This document shows positions 16,886 through 25,980 of a stretch of DNA of 52,050 bases, piece after piece. This stretch comes from an uncultured Pseudomonadales bacterium (GTDB lineage: Bacteria > Patescibacteriota > Microgenomatia > UBA1400 > MFAQ01), in assembly GCA_964487665.1 (NCBI GenBank), contig CAZARR010000006.1, forward strand, positions 1 through 52,050. The letters run 5' to 3'. The notes under the pieces are model-generated. The model was given only the letters and a program-made list of their open reading frames with translations, had not been told where the DNA came from and searched no databases. Position 1 is the first letter of the stretch; every line of letters starts with the position of its first letter. The position numbers were made by a program, and so were the translations under genes.

Positions 16886-17529
16886 CACTTAATTCGACGA
16901 AACCAATCGTCTTGACCGAGTAACCATTGCTTGAGCTGGTAGATCGAGTAGAGGCCTATTGAATAGTGTTTCTGGTCATATGGATTTAATGAAAATCGTA
17001 GGAGTTCTTCTCCTGTATCTATAAAGGTTCCCTGTGGTCCGATTCCTTTCTTGGTATATGCCCAACTTGATCCTAAATCCCACCAGCCGAATTGTTGGTG
17101 GTTATTATTGGTGTTGGCTCTGTTGACCAAGGCTTGGTAGATACGTGCAAATTCAGCGAATCCAGCAAGCAGATAATTTCTGAAATGGTCTTCTTCGTTA
17201 CCCCAAGATTCCCAACTGCGACGGGCAATTAACATCGCCTGAACCGCCCCGTACCATACGTTGGGTTCAAGTCCATAATCATTGGGTTCTTTAGCTTTAA
17301 GTCTTATTCCCCCTGGGTCGCTAAACCATTGATAATCCTTATCCACAGCAAGTGGTGGCATTCCTCCCCATATACAATAGAACCTCAAGGTATCTATGCT
17401 TGGTCCAGGACCTTTACCTTTATGTAAAAGTGCCAGATGGTATAAAAATTCTCTTTGACCGGGATATCGGTAAAAGCCGAACTCATGTCTGGGCATTTCA
17501 TACATGTCTACAAGCTCAGGGCGTCTCAT
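16885..17529 (-). CDS. Hypothetical protein
   Basis: 214-aa aromatic-rich ORF convergent on tRNA-Thr. Confidence 0.65.
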   Translation of the reverse strand: MRRPELVDMYEMPRHEFGFYRYPGQREFLYHLALLHKGKGPGPSIDTLRFYCIWGGMPPLAVDKDYQWFSDPGGIRLKAKEPNDYGLEPNVWYGAVQAMLIARRSWESWGNEEDHFRNYLLAGFAEFARIYQALVNRANTNNNHQQFGWWDLGSSWAYTKKGIGPQGTFIDTGEELLRFSLNPYDQKHYSIGLYSIYQLKQWLLGQDDWFRRIK

Positions 17530-17635
17530 ATGTATCTAAATTTCGTGAATTATATTACTGTGCTAGAAAAATGCTATATTTTGATCCGGTAAAGTTAGGG
17601 GATAACTGATTGTGGCTATCTTGCCATTCTAAGGG

Positions 17636-17718
17636 TGCTGGAGGCAGGATTCGAACCTGCGAAGGCGTAAGCCAACAGATTTACAGTCTGTCCCCGTTGA
17701 CCACTTGGGTACCCCAGC
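17636..17718 (-). tRNA. trnY: tRNA-Tyr (GUA)
   Basis: CT-GTA-AA loop, long variable arm, GGTTCGAATCC; CCA not encoded. Confidence 0.96.
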
Positions 17719-17761
17719 AGAGACAGTGATGATTTTAGCAGGAAAAACGCCAGTAGTTGAT

Positions 17762-17974
17762 CTACTTTTTTTTATTGGTACTCGACTCGGAGCCAGATGA
17801 TTGTTTGCCGTCAAAAAAGTCTCCTACCAAGTTCCAAGTGCCTTTAACAAGTAAGACAATTAACCCAAAAATAATAGCATCACCAAGGCAGCCGTCGGGT
17901 GGGGTGCTATCATCGCCTTCGTGTCGCGTATTCAGCGGTACAATTTCTCCTCGAAGAAGTTCAGTGGGAATCAT
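17762..17974 (-). CDS. Small single-TM hypothetical protein (70 aa)
   Basis: TTGACA-18-TATAGT-7-ATG at 17974; one hydrophobic segment. Confidence 0.5.
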   Translation of the reverse strand: MIPTELLRGEIVPLNTRHEGDDSTPPDGCLGDAIIFGLIVLLVKGTWNLVGDFFDGKQSSGSESSTNKKK

Positions 17975-18014
17975 GGCGCGTACTATATACACCCTATAGT
18001 GTATTTGTCAAGTG

Positions 18015-18090
18015 TGGAGCCGATGTTGGGAATCGAACCCAAGACCTCGTTCTTACCAAGAACGCGCTCTGCCAACTGAGCTACATCGGC
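18015..18090 (-). tRNA. trnT: tRNA-Thr (GGU)
   Basis: GCCGATG/CATCGGC acceptor, TT-GGT-AA loop, encoded CCA. Confidence 0.97.
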
Positions 18091-18128
18091 TTGATTGTCA
18101 CCCGCAAGGGATATTTTAACTTAAATTG

Positions 18129-19361
18129 CTATTTTGACAGTCTCAAATTCGAATAGATGACATTTTTGGTACTAGCGTCAAGCTGAACCTTGACCTCCGG
18201 GCGGCCGGAAAATGAGTAAACTAGCTCCCAAATATTTTTGCTTTCGTTGGTGTTGCCAATTTTGGCCAAAATATACTTAGCGGTGACCGAATCGGGGGTG
18301 GTGGTGATGCCAGCGGGGACCAGAATCATTTGGTTGACCAAAGGAAGGACTTCGGGCAAATCCATTCCCAGAGTGCCTTTGTCAATCTGTATGTTGAGGG
18401 AGGGAATGTTGTTGTCGGGTGTGACGTAAACTTGTCGGTCGAAAAGAGTCAGGGCTCCTTGAGAGTCAGCTACGATCTTGAAGTAGCTTTTGCGACTGTC
18501 GGATTCGCGAAAAAAGTAGCTGGTACTAATCTTGTCCGACAGTTGGGGGTTGGAAACAATAATCATAATCAACTTGGCAGTGTCAATTTTTTCTTTGGCC
18601 ATTTTCATAATTGGTTCGAGTTTGGGAAAGGCGGCTGCCGTGCCGGTAACTGAGGCAGGAAGGGTGGGTGCGGGTGTGGAAGTGGGATTCTCTGGTGGCA
18701 TCGTCGGGCTGGTGTTGGCAATTTCGGGAGTTGTGGGAGTGGGGGTTGTTTCGTCAACGGTTTGGTTTGACTTGATACTTTGAAGGTTTTGTAGGTCTTT
18801 GCGAGTTTTGGCCAGCATGCCATAAAGCAGAACGCTTGCGGCGATGGCTGCTATGGTAATAATAAGGAGGAGCACGGTCAGTAACCTGCCTGCGCCTGTT
18901 GAGGAGTTTTCGGGTAGGGTAGCCGGGCGAGGCGATTCAACGACTGGCTCTGTTGGCACAGAAAAGTTGCTTGTTGAGGTATCGTGGATCTCTGGTGGGG
19001 CGGTAAATTCGGGAACAACCGGGTCAGTTAGTTCAACCTGGTCACTACTTTGATCACTCTCTGGCGATGATTCGGGTTGGTTGTAGACTGGCTCTTCAAT
19101 TGGCTCTTCCGGGGTTGGCTCAGGGGATGAAGTTTCAGAATATATTTGTTGGGGTTCGTAACTTAGATTGTTTGAATTGTCTGGTTGTGGGGACGGGGGG
19201 ATGTCGTCGTATTGTGGTTTGGGTTGGTTGTAGACCGGCTCTTCCGGGGATGGTTCCGGTTGGTCAGTCGCAGAAAGGTTGGGGGGGGAGTTAAATATGG
19301 GAGTGGAGTTTGCGGGCATCGGAAAATTGCCAAGTTTTTGGTTGGAATCATCACCGTTCAT
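18129..19361 (-). CDS. Single-pass membrane protein with Pro/Glu/Ser-rich disordered regions
   Basis: Low-complexity N-terminus, TM LLTVLLLIITIAAIAASVLLY, globular C-terminus. Confidence 0.8.
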   Translation of the reverse strand: MNGDDSNQKLGNFPMPANSTPIFNSPPNLSATDQPEPSPEEPVYNQPKPQYDDIPPSPQPDNSNNLSYEPQQIYSETSSPEPTPEEPIEEPVYNQPESSPESDQSSDQVELTDPVVPEFTAPPEIHDTSTSNFSVPTEPVVESPRPATLPENSSTGAGRLLTVLLLIITIAAIAASVLLYGMLAKTRKDLQNLQSIKSNQTVDETTPTPTTPEIANTSPTMPPENPTSTPAPTLPASVTGTAAAFPKLEPIMKMAKEKIDTAKLIMIIVSNPQLSDKISTSYFFRESDSRKSYFKIVADSQGALTLFDRQVYVTPDNNIPSLNIQIDKGTLGMDLPEVLPLVNQMILVPAGITTTPDSVTAKYILAKIGNTNESKNIWELVYSFSGRPEVKVQLDASTKNVIYSNLRLSK

Positions 19362-19418
19362 GAATATTAGTATGATGGCAGTTGAAGCGCGATGTCAAGT
19401 GCATTAGAATTATTTAAT

Positions 19419-20069
19419 ATGAGACTAAACAAGTTGCTCGGAGTGTTGGGGGCGGGTTTTTTATTTACGGTTTTATCGAGAGGAGAGATATTAGCAAACG
19501 AAGGGACAGTAGTTCTAAACCCCGAGGCTGGATATGTGGGGAAGTGTTATTTAGCCAGTGTGTATATTGATAGCAGTTACAGAGTGATCGGGTCATGTCG
19601 AGGTTTACCGGTGGCTTTGAGTGCTGAGCAAAATAAATATGTGTTGTGGCGACAGATGGGGGAATCGGCCTATCGGATGGTCCCGATAGAAAATGGAAAA
19701 TTTAACACTGCGGTGGCGGAAAAATTCGAAAATGTATTTATTACAGTGGAGTCGGATTCTTATACCAACAAACCGAGTGGGCCTGTAGTAGCTAGGGGAA
19801 CTTTGAGTCCGTTACCGCTAAACGTTTCTGGACAAGCTAGTGGGGGTACTTTTAGCAGCTCGCCTGGGGTTGCCCAGGGTGGCGTAACCGTTTCGCTCTC
19901 TCCGCGAAGTGCCTCAAATTCGTCGGTGAGTAGTAGTGCTAATACAACCGGGGCAGACAGATTGGGGGTGTTACTTCGCGGTGTGGGCCGGGCGTTGATT
20001 TACGGCTTTGTTTTGTTGCTGATAATTGTTGGGGTCTTGAGCTTTTTGTCTCGCAGAAAAAACTTGTAA
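19419..20069 (+). CDS. Exported membrane-anchored protein with RskA-like (anti-sigma-K C-terminal) domain
   Basis: Signal peptide, KYVLW, VFITVE...PSGPVVARG, C-terminal TM. Confidence 0.6.
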   Translation: MRLNKLLGVLGAGFLFTVLSRGEILANEGTVVLNPEAGYVGKCYLASVYIDSSYRVIGSCRGLPVALSAEQNKYVLWRQMGESAYRMVPIENGKFNTAVAEKFENVFITVESDSYTNKPSGPVVARGTLSPLPLNVSGQASGGTFSSSPGVAQGGVTVSLSPRSASNSSVSSSANTTGADRLGVLLRGVGRALIYGFVLLLIIVGVLSFLSRRKNL

Positions 20070-20075
20070 GGCGAT

Positions 20076-20693
20076 TCAAAAGATAATCAGTCTGGCAAAG
20101 AAGTTGATGATGGGGCTGATAAGTAGATTAGCTGCTGACCTTCCCGAAAATGACGGTAGAATGAGGAAAATTAGCAACAAAGTGCCATAACGGTTCATAA
20201 TTGACTCCCATTCGTAGGCCAGGTCACGGGGCAAGATGCCAGTGACAATTTTGGCACCGTCGAGGGGGTGAATGGGGATCAAATTGAAAATAGCTAGGGA
20301 AAGATTAATGATGATTATGGGGATCAGTATTGGGTAAAAATATGGCGGTAGGACAAGTTTACCGATAATTGAAATTGTTGTGGCCAAGAGTACATTGCTT
20401 ACTGGTCCGGCGAGTGAGATCAGGGCGGCATCACGGCGGGGTTGTTGCAGATTATAAGGGTCAAAGATCACTGGTTTACCCCATCCAAATCCGGCTAGTA
20501 ACAACATTAAACTTCCCAAGGGGTCCAGGTGTCTACGTGGATCTAGGCTTAATCGGTCCTGACTGCGGGGAGTGGGGTCACCCAAACGATCGGCGGCGAA
20601 AGCGTGAGAATACTCGTGAATAGTGATAGCCAAAACCAGGCCAATAATCGACAGAATAAATGAAATGGGTGATGAAAATAGGGTTGAGAGCAT
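20076..20693 (-). CDS. Site-2 protease family (peptidase M50)
   Basis: HEYSH and NLIPIHPLDG. Confidence 0.93.
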   Translation of the reverse strand: MLSTLFSSPISFILSIIGLVLAITIHEYSHAFAADRLGDPTPRSQDRLSLDPRRHLDPLGSLMLLLAGFGWGKPVIFDPYNLQQPRRDAALISLAGPVSNVLLATTISIIGKLVLPPYFYPILIPIIIINLSLAIFNLIPIHPLDGAKIVTGILPRDLAYEWESIMNRYGTLLLIFLILPSFSGRSAANLLISPIINFFARLIIF

Positions 20694-20754
20694 CGAAGGT
20701 AAATATTAGAGCTTGAGTAGTAATTAGTAAATAGGCGTGTTAGAATCTTTTCTT

Positions 20755-20985
20755 ATGAATTTCGTTTCAAATGGTTCTTGTGTGATGTGCGGCAAGGGAG
20801 TTCAGCATGCAAATCTGGTCAGTCACGCCAAAAACAGAGTAAAAATTTTGCGCAGGCCAAATTTACATAGCTACAAAATGCCCATCAATGGGGACAAAGT
20901 GAGGGTGATGTTGTGCACCAAATGCAAGAGGACGGTCAGGAAAAATGAAGTTCCGGGTGCCCAGCCAAAAGCTGCGACCAAGTAA
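20755..20985 (+). CDS. rpmB: 50S ribosomal protein bL28
   Basis: CVMCGK...NLVSHAKNRVKILRRPNLH...LCTKC. Confidence 0.9.
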   Translation: MNFVSNGSCVMCGKGVQHANLVSHAKNRVKILRRPNLHSYKMPINGDKVRVMLCTKCKRTVRKNEVPGAQPKAATK

Positions 20986-21838
20986 TAGGATTTTTTCCGG
21001 CTATTTGTATCGAGTTGATTGTTAGGTTTTTGTTTTGTACAGATACATCTAGAATTTTTATTTCTTTGCCATTGGGAAGAGTGGTCCAGGCTCCGGGGTC
21101 GGGATTAAGGGATCGGATCAACGCGGACATAGTTGCTGGATTGTTTCCGAGTAATGCTTGGTAGATATCGTGCCACGATACAAAGGCAGATTGTCGGGTG
21201 TGGGTTTTGAAGCTCGGGGTATATGTAGCTTGCTGGTGATTTTGGGGTTTTGCCATAAGTTTGCCTGCCAAAAATGGGGCTAGATCAGCTTGTAACATGT
21301 CAACGGCGAGTCGTGACAGACGATCGGTTAGGGTGAGGGTATTGTCATGGGGAGCGATGGATATGTTGCGTTGGCTGATGATGGGGCCTGCGTCCAGATC
21401 GTGAGCCATTTCCATCAAGCTAACTCCAGTGGTGGAGTCTTGATTTTTGATTGCTTCGCTGACGCAAAGTGCACCACGATATTTGGGTAAAAGAGAAAAA
21501 TGGACGTTGACGACATGATGGGGTGTTGACAGCCAGTCATCCGGGATGACTTTTCCATAAGATATTACTAGAAAGAGATCGGGTTTAAGTATTTTTATGT
21601 GAGATAGGTTATTGGTGTCTAGTTTTTCTGGCTTGAATGTGGGGAGGTGGTGTGAGGCGGCGACCAATGCTACCTCAGAAGGATTGACCACTTGCCCGCG
21701 TCCTTGTGGTTTGTCGGGTTTGGTAACAACTGCAGAAATTTGGAGGAAGGGAAACTGATTGGGGTTATCAAGGATGGTCTGGAGAATGTTGGCGGAAAAA
21801 CCGGGAGAACCGAAGTAAACAGTCTTGGCTATAATCAT
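20936..21838 (-). CDS. fmt: Methionyl-tRNA formyltransferase
   Basis: YFGSPGF, VVTKPDKPQGRG, NVHFSLLPKYRGA, LDAGPI. Confidence 0.95.
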   Translation of the reverse strand: MIIAKTVYFGSPGFSANILQTILDNPNQFPFLQISAVVTKPDKPQGRGQVVNPSEVALVAASHHLPTFKPEKLDTNNLSHIKILKPDLFLVISYGKVIPDDWLSTPHHVVNVHFSLLPKYRGALCVSEAIKNQDSTTGVSLMEMAHDLDAGPIISQRNISIAPHDNTLTLTDRLSRLAVDMLQADLAPFLAGKLMAKPQNHQQATYTPSFKTHTRQSAFVSWHDIYQALLGNNPATMSALIRSLNPDPGAWTTLPNGKEIKILDVSVQNKNLTINSIQIAGKNPITWSQLLAGHPELHFS

Positions 21839-22359
21839 ATTTCGAGTAGTTCCAAGCCATGGGGTGTGTCGCGATAGAGCTTGCCTTTTTGTTTCAGAAT
21901 GTGGTCAGTAAACAGGATACCGTTTAGGTGATCTGTCTCGTGCTGGACGTAACTGCAATCTGCGGGAGTGAAGTCAGCGATAACTGTCTCCATGGTGCGG
22001 GGTAGTTGGTATTGCAGTTTGACTTTGGCGGGGCGGTCGACAAAACCCCAGATGTTGGGGATCGACAGGCAACCTTCCAGATAGCGCTTTTTGGGGTTTT
22101 TGTAAACTTGTGAAAGCATTTGTGACGAAGTTTCCAGTATTACCGGGTTGATGAAAACGTCGATTCTTTTGCCTCGATCCAAGATAAAGAGTCGACGGTT
22201 CAGGCCGACTTGGGTGGCTGCCAGACCAACTCCTTCGGGAATAGCGCGGCGAAGTAGGGTAGTCATCTGAGCAATCTCTGACTCGATCTTTTTGTCCCAG
22301 GAAACTACCGGTTTGGCGGTGTGGCGCAGGTAGGGATGGGGAGTTACTAATATTTCCAT
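21835..22359 (-). CDS. def: Peptide deformylase
   Basis: GVGLAATQVG, EGCLS, QHETDHLNG; start reassigned to ATG 22359. Confidence 0.95.
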   Translation of the reverse strand: MEILVTPHPYLRHTAKPVVSWDKKIESEIAQMTTLLRRAIPEGVGLAATQVGLNRRLFILDRGKRIDVFINPVILETSSQMLSQVYKNPKKRYLEGCLSIPNIWGFVDRPAKVKLQYQLPRTMETVIADFTPADCSYVQHETDHLNGILFTDHILKQKGKLYRDTPHGLELLEI

Positions 22360-22372
22360 ATTAGGACGTATT

Positions 22373-24391
22373 TTACCTTTTTTCGAGCCCGGCAAGGGCG
22401 TTGATGGCAGCGTAGTAATCGTTTTTGAGCTCGATTGCCTGGCGGAAGTATTTTTTGGCCAGGTCTTTTTGATCGAGGCTTTGGAAAACAAGGCCTAAGT
22501 TATAGGGAACTTTGGGGTCGGTGGGAGCAATTTTGCCTAATTCTTGCAACGTATTGATGGCCTCTTGGGTGTGTTTGTCATCGAGGTTTGCCAGGGTAAG
22601 CTCGACTTTGGCCTTTGACTTGTAGTAATTGGTTTGGTAGCGGTTCATTTCGATAGAGCGGCTCGAATTGTCCAAGGCTTTTAGTGTGTAGTCAGCAATT
22701 AGCCTATCACCCCTGTCTTTTAGTTTGGCTGCTTCGGTAGCGGGGAGAGATTTCAGTTGAGAGCTGATTGTGAGGGCGGCCTGGGCCTGAGCCTCGGCTA
22801 GGTTCGAAAGAAATAATGGTTCTTTGGGGTTTAATAAAACAGCTTTTTCTAGATATTTTAATGAGTCGGCCAGGTAACCGGACTCAAGAAGGTTTTTTCC
22901 GTAATTGTAGGCAAGGTCCGATCGGAAAGACTTGCTGACGTTTAGGGCCGAGGCAACGAGAATGAACGCGGCAATAGTTTGAAAAATGATAGGTTGGGAA
23001 AGATGAAGACGGTAAAACTTGTGATTTTGATTGGACGAAGAAACAAGGGTGAAAGCGGGGTAAAGAAAAAATAGCAGAGCAACCGCTACTACACTAAAGC
23101 CAAAAAAGTTGGTAAACAGCAGTGAAGCGAAGCCAATAAGCAGCCCTTCGGTCAGATGATATTCACCCCTGCGCAGAGATTTGATAAACAGGACAATGAT
23201 TGTCGTTATCAGAATTAGATACGTTGTAAGGCCAATTAACCCGGAGTTGGCAAAAAAGTTTAGGTATTCATTGTGAGCTTTGTTGTAAAGAAATTCCCAT
23301 TCAGAGAGTTGGTTGTGGGCCAGAGGACGGACCCAATAATAAGTGTAGCCAAAGGTTTCTACGCCAGTACCGAATATTGGGTGAGTCAGACCCAAGTTGA
23401 TGGCTCCTTGCCAAACAACTTTACGAATATCCATCGAGTCGCTACCGCCGATTCGTTCCCCCCGGCGAGTGGCCTCAACTTCCTTGCGGACTTGAGGCTC
23501 GAGAAGGTCGAGGTTTAGTGGTTTGATTTGACTGGTCAGACCAACGTGATTTAGTTTGCTTTCGAGCTCAACCCAAAGTGGGCCACCCACTCGCAATCGA
23601 TAGGCGATCAAACTGGGGGTGGGAGTCCATGGGGTACCGGATGACAGAGCCAGGATGAGAATAGTCAAGGTGCTGAGTATCACCAGTTTGGTGGAATGCC
23701 TGAAATGAATCAGGAAAAGAACAGCTAACTCCAAAATTAGGGCTGTGACTCCGGAACGGGACTTTGTATACAAAATGGCCAGAATTGTAACAAAGAAAAA
23801 GATAAGATAGACCCTTTTGCGCGTACGGGTAAGAGTGTCTCTGGTGGCCAAATAAAATGGAATAGGAAGAACGGCCACTAGGTAGGCAGAGAGCCAGTTT
23901 GGTTGTCCTAGGGTGGAAAAGACCCTGTTTTGCACATCTTGGATCCACAGATTTTTGTCAATACCAAAGTGTTCGAGAATGGCGTAGGTGACGACCAGGG
24001 CTGTGGAAGCAAGAATCGAGTGGACAATGAAACCAAGGTCCTTGAGAGTAGTAATATTCGAAACAAAGGCATAAAAAAGAACAATGTAGCAAATTGTGGA
24101 GGCCAGACCACCGTGGAAACGAGAATAGTACCCCCATAGACTGGTGTGGGGATCAATAGAAAGAATGGTGGACAAAAGTTGAGAAAGAAAAAAAAGTAGA
24201 ATGGGAAGATCCAAGGGAGTGCGGCGAATTTGAAATTTGTTTTGTTTGCTATTTTGGTAGAGCCAGCTGGCCAGAATTAGGCCGGTACAAAGATAGACAA
24301 AAAGCATTTTGTTGAACTCGAAAACCTCTGAGGTCGAAGGCCATAGAATGAGCGGGGTGAAAAAGAAAAGGGCACTGAATAAATAGGTCAT
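22373..24391 (-). CDS. O-antigen ligase family polytopic membrane protein with C-terminal TPRs
   Basis: STLGQPNWL, TKSRSG, PIFGTG, KAHNEYL; TPR-like helices. Confidence 0.85.
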   Translation of the reverse strand: MTYLFSALFFFTPLILWPSTSEVFEFNKMLFVYLCTGLILASWLYQNSKQNKFQIRRTPLDLPILLFFLSQLLSTILSIDPHTSLWGYYSRFHGGLASTICYIVLFYAFVSNITTLKDLGFIVHSILASTALVVTYAILEHFGIDKNLWIQDVQNRVFSTLGQPNWLSAYLVAVLPIPFYLATRDTLTRTRKRVYLIFFFVTILAILYTKSRSGVTALILELAVLFLIHFRHSTKLVILSTLTILILALSSGTPWTPTPSLIAYRLRVGGPLWVELESKLNHVGLTSQIKPLNLDLLEPQVRKEVEATRRGERIGGSDSMDIRKVVWQGAINLGLTHPIFGTGVETFGYTYYWVRPLAHNQLSEWEFLYNKAHNEYLNFFANSGLIGLTTYLILITTIIVLFIKSLRRGEYHLTEGLLIGFASLLFTNFFGFSVVAVALLFFLYPAFTLVSSSNQNHKFYRLHLSQPIIFQTIAAFILVASALNVSKSFRSDLAYNYGKNLLESGYLADSLKYLEKAVLLNPKEPLFLSNLAEAQAQAALTISSQLKSLPATEAAKLKDRGDRLIADYTLKALDNSSRSIEMNRYQTNYYKSKAKVELTLANLDDKHTQEAINTLQELGKIAPTDPKVPYNLGLVFQSLDQKDLAKKYFRQAIELKNDYYAAINALAGLEKR

Positions 24392-24427
24392 GTTGTACTT
24401 TGTGAAATTGATTATAGAATATGGGCA

Positions 24428-25021
24428 ATGAAAGTTGATAAGTGGGGAGTAGCACTTCGCGGGTTGAGGGCTGAAATTGGGAATACAAGGACCGTCGACT
24501 GGGTAGAGGAGGGTGGGCTGAGTCAGGAAGAGAGATTAGAAGAATATTTCAAGGCTATCGCGTGGCATATTCGTTTAGCGGATGCTGGTCAGGGTCGACC
24601 GAATGGTGTAGAGGATCTTTTCCGGTTACTGGAACAAAATGGTGAATTTGGATTTGGATTCGCCTGGATTTTTTTGACGCATACTTTTGACCAGCAGGCA
24701 GGAAAAGAGGGTCTTACCGGGGGACGGGGATTGAAAATTGTTAGCGCTGATCTTATGAGAAAGGTAAATTTTTTGTTTGAGAAATTTTTACTTACTTCGT
24801 GCGATGATCAAGCGTTGGTGGCTTTGTCCGAACTGGGTGGGCGCGTGTTGACCAGCATGACATACATTGATGAACAAACATTCCTACGATGGGTGGATAT
24901 TATTTTTGTGCAGAGAAGTGGGGATTTTGGGGACCCCAAATTGCTTGAACAATTAAGACAATTGCGTGAGCAGGTTTTGGACAAAATATCCAGAAGGCCG
25001 GTGGGGACAATAAAGATGTGA
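24428..25021 (+). CDS. Hypothetical protein
   Basis: 197-aa ORF; TAGAAT 7 nt before the ATG. Confidence 0.65.
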   Translation: MKVDKWGVALRGLRAEIGNTRTVDWVEEGGLSQEERLEEYFKAIAWHIRLADAGQGRPNGVEDLFRLLEQNGEFGFGFAWIFLTHTFDQQAGKEGLTGGRGLKIVSADLMRKVNFLFEKFLLTSCDDQALVALSELGGRVLTSMTYIDEQTFLRWVDIIFVQRSGDFGDPKLLEQLRQLREQVLDKISRRPVGTIKM

Positions 25022-25794
25022 CGAATCTATCTTTGGAGGCAGAAATGAATGGGTGGGTTAACGATCCTCTTGTCGATTGTCTTTCTTACGCAGACGAGTC
25101 AGAAGGGGCAAGACGCAAAAGATATCGAGAGTGGTGGGCAGAGGCCAAAAAGACAATGAAGCAAGATCTTGCCGCTTTCAGACTGGGGAGGTTGGTAAAG
25201 ATGACAGGGACAGATATGGAATTGGTTTGGTCGCCGGATTTACAAGAAAGCTTGCAAAAAAAGGCCAGGGAGGTTGTGTGTTTAAAATTGGCCCGGGGGT
25301 TGTTTGCTACGTGGTTGTTGGGGAGCAGATTCGGCAAAGATGAGAGACGTAAATCGGTCGCGCTGCGTAGCCAGATGTTTAGTGATACACGCCTGGGGTT
25401 GGGGGTTCTTTTTCTTCTGCTCACGGAGGTAATTCCGGGTAGAGAGAGTGAGATGAGAGAACGGGATACAAAGCAGTTATGGTCTTTGATAACCCAATTG
25501 TGTCTTCGGGTCGAGGCGACTGACCCGGAAGAGGTAATGGAGGCGATCATAATAATAGAGCAAGTCGAAATGGGGAATACTATATTCGGGCGGGACTCGG
25601 CTCTCGGGTTGTTTGCCGTGCTTGAGGATTGTCTAATTTCTAAGGGCAAACCGCAAGAAGAAGTGGCCAGAATATTAGCTCATGTTCGATCATACTATTT
25701 TTCCCGGGTTGGGGAAGATGCTTTTGGCAATCGTGAAGATCCCGGCCTAGCTGTCTTTGTTGATCGGGATGACGTCGACGAGAGACTTTTATAG
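25018..25794 (+). CDS. Hypothetical protein
   Basis: 258-aa ORF overlapping the previous stop by 4 nt. Confidence 0.65.
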   Translation: MTNLSLEAEMNGWVNDPLVDCLSYADESEGARRKRYREWWAEAKKTMKQDLAAFRLGRLVKMTGTDMELVWSPDLQESLQKKAREVVCLKLARGLFATWLLGSRFGKDERRKSVALRSQMFSDTRLGLGVLFLLLTEVIPGRESEMRERDTKQLWSLITQLCLRVEATDPEEVMEAIIIIEQVEMGNTIFGRDSALGLFAVLEDCLISKGKPQEEVARILAHVRSYYFSRVGEDAFGNREDPGLAVFVDRDDVDERLL

Positions 25795-25913
25795 GTATCT
25801 GGCGAGGCTGCAGCCGTGGAAATAGCGCCAAAATTGGGTAATGTGAAGATTCGTGGCCTATAGAATTATTCTCAATAGGCCTATAAAGGTTAGAACGTGA
25901 GTCAACTTGTCAT

Positions 25914-25971
25914 TTGACAAAAACACCGTAATTGTTTAGTCTATAAGTAGATAGTCATTATAAACGGTTAC
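25914..25971 (+). promoter_or_regulatory. abiE promoter with inverted-repeat operator
   Basis: TTGACA-17-TAGTCT; GTAATTGTTTA (25928-25938) and TAAACGGTTAC (25961-25971) are 9/11 inverted. Confidence 0.55.
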
Positions 25972-25980
25972 TTACGCTAT

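Noticed and set aside
20936-20985. 50-nt convergent overlap of rpmB and fmt (and 47 nt for topA and the 39515 ORF)
   Set aside because: Short 3' overlaps are ordinary in compact genomes
25854-25880. Palindrome GGCCTAT-AGAAT-T-ATTCT-CA-ATAGGCC upstream of abiE
   Set aside because: Single AT-rich palindrome with no U-tract or second copy; function cannot be supported
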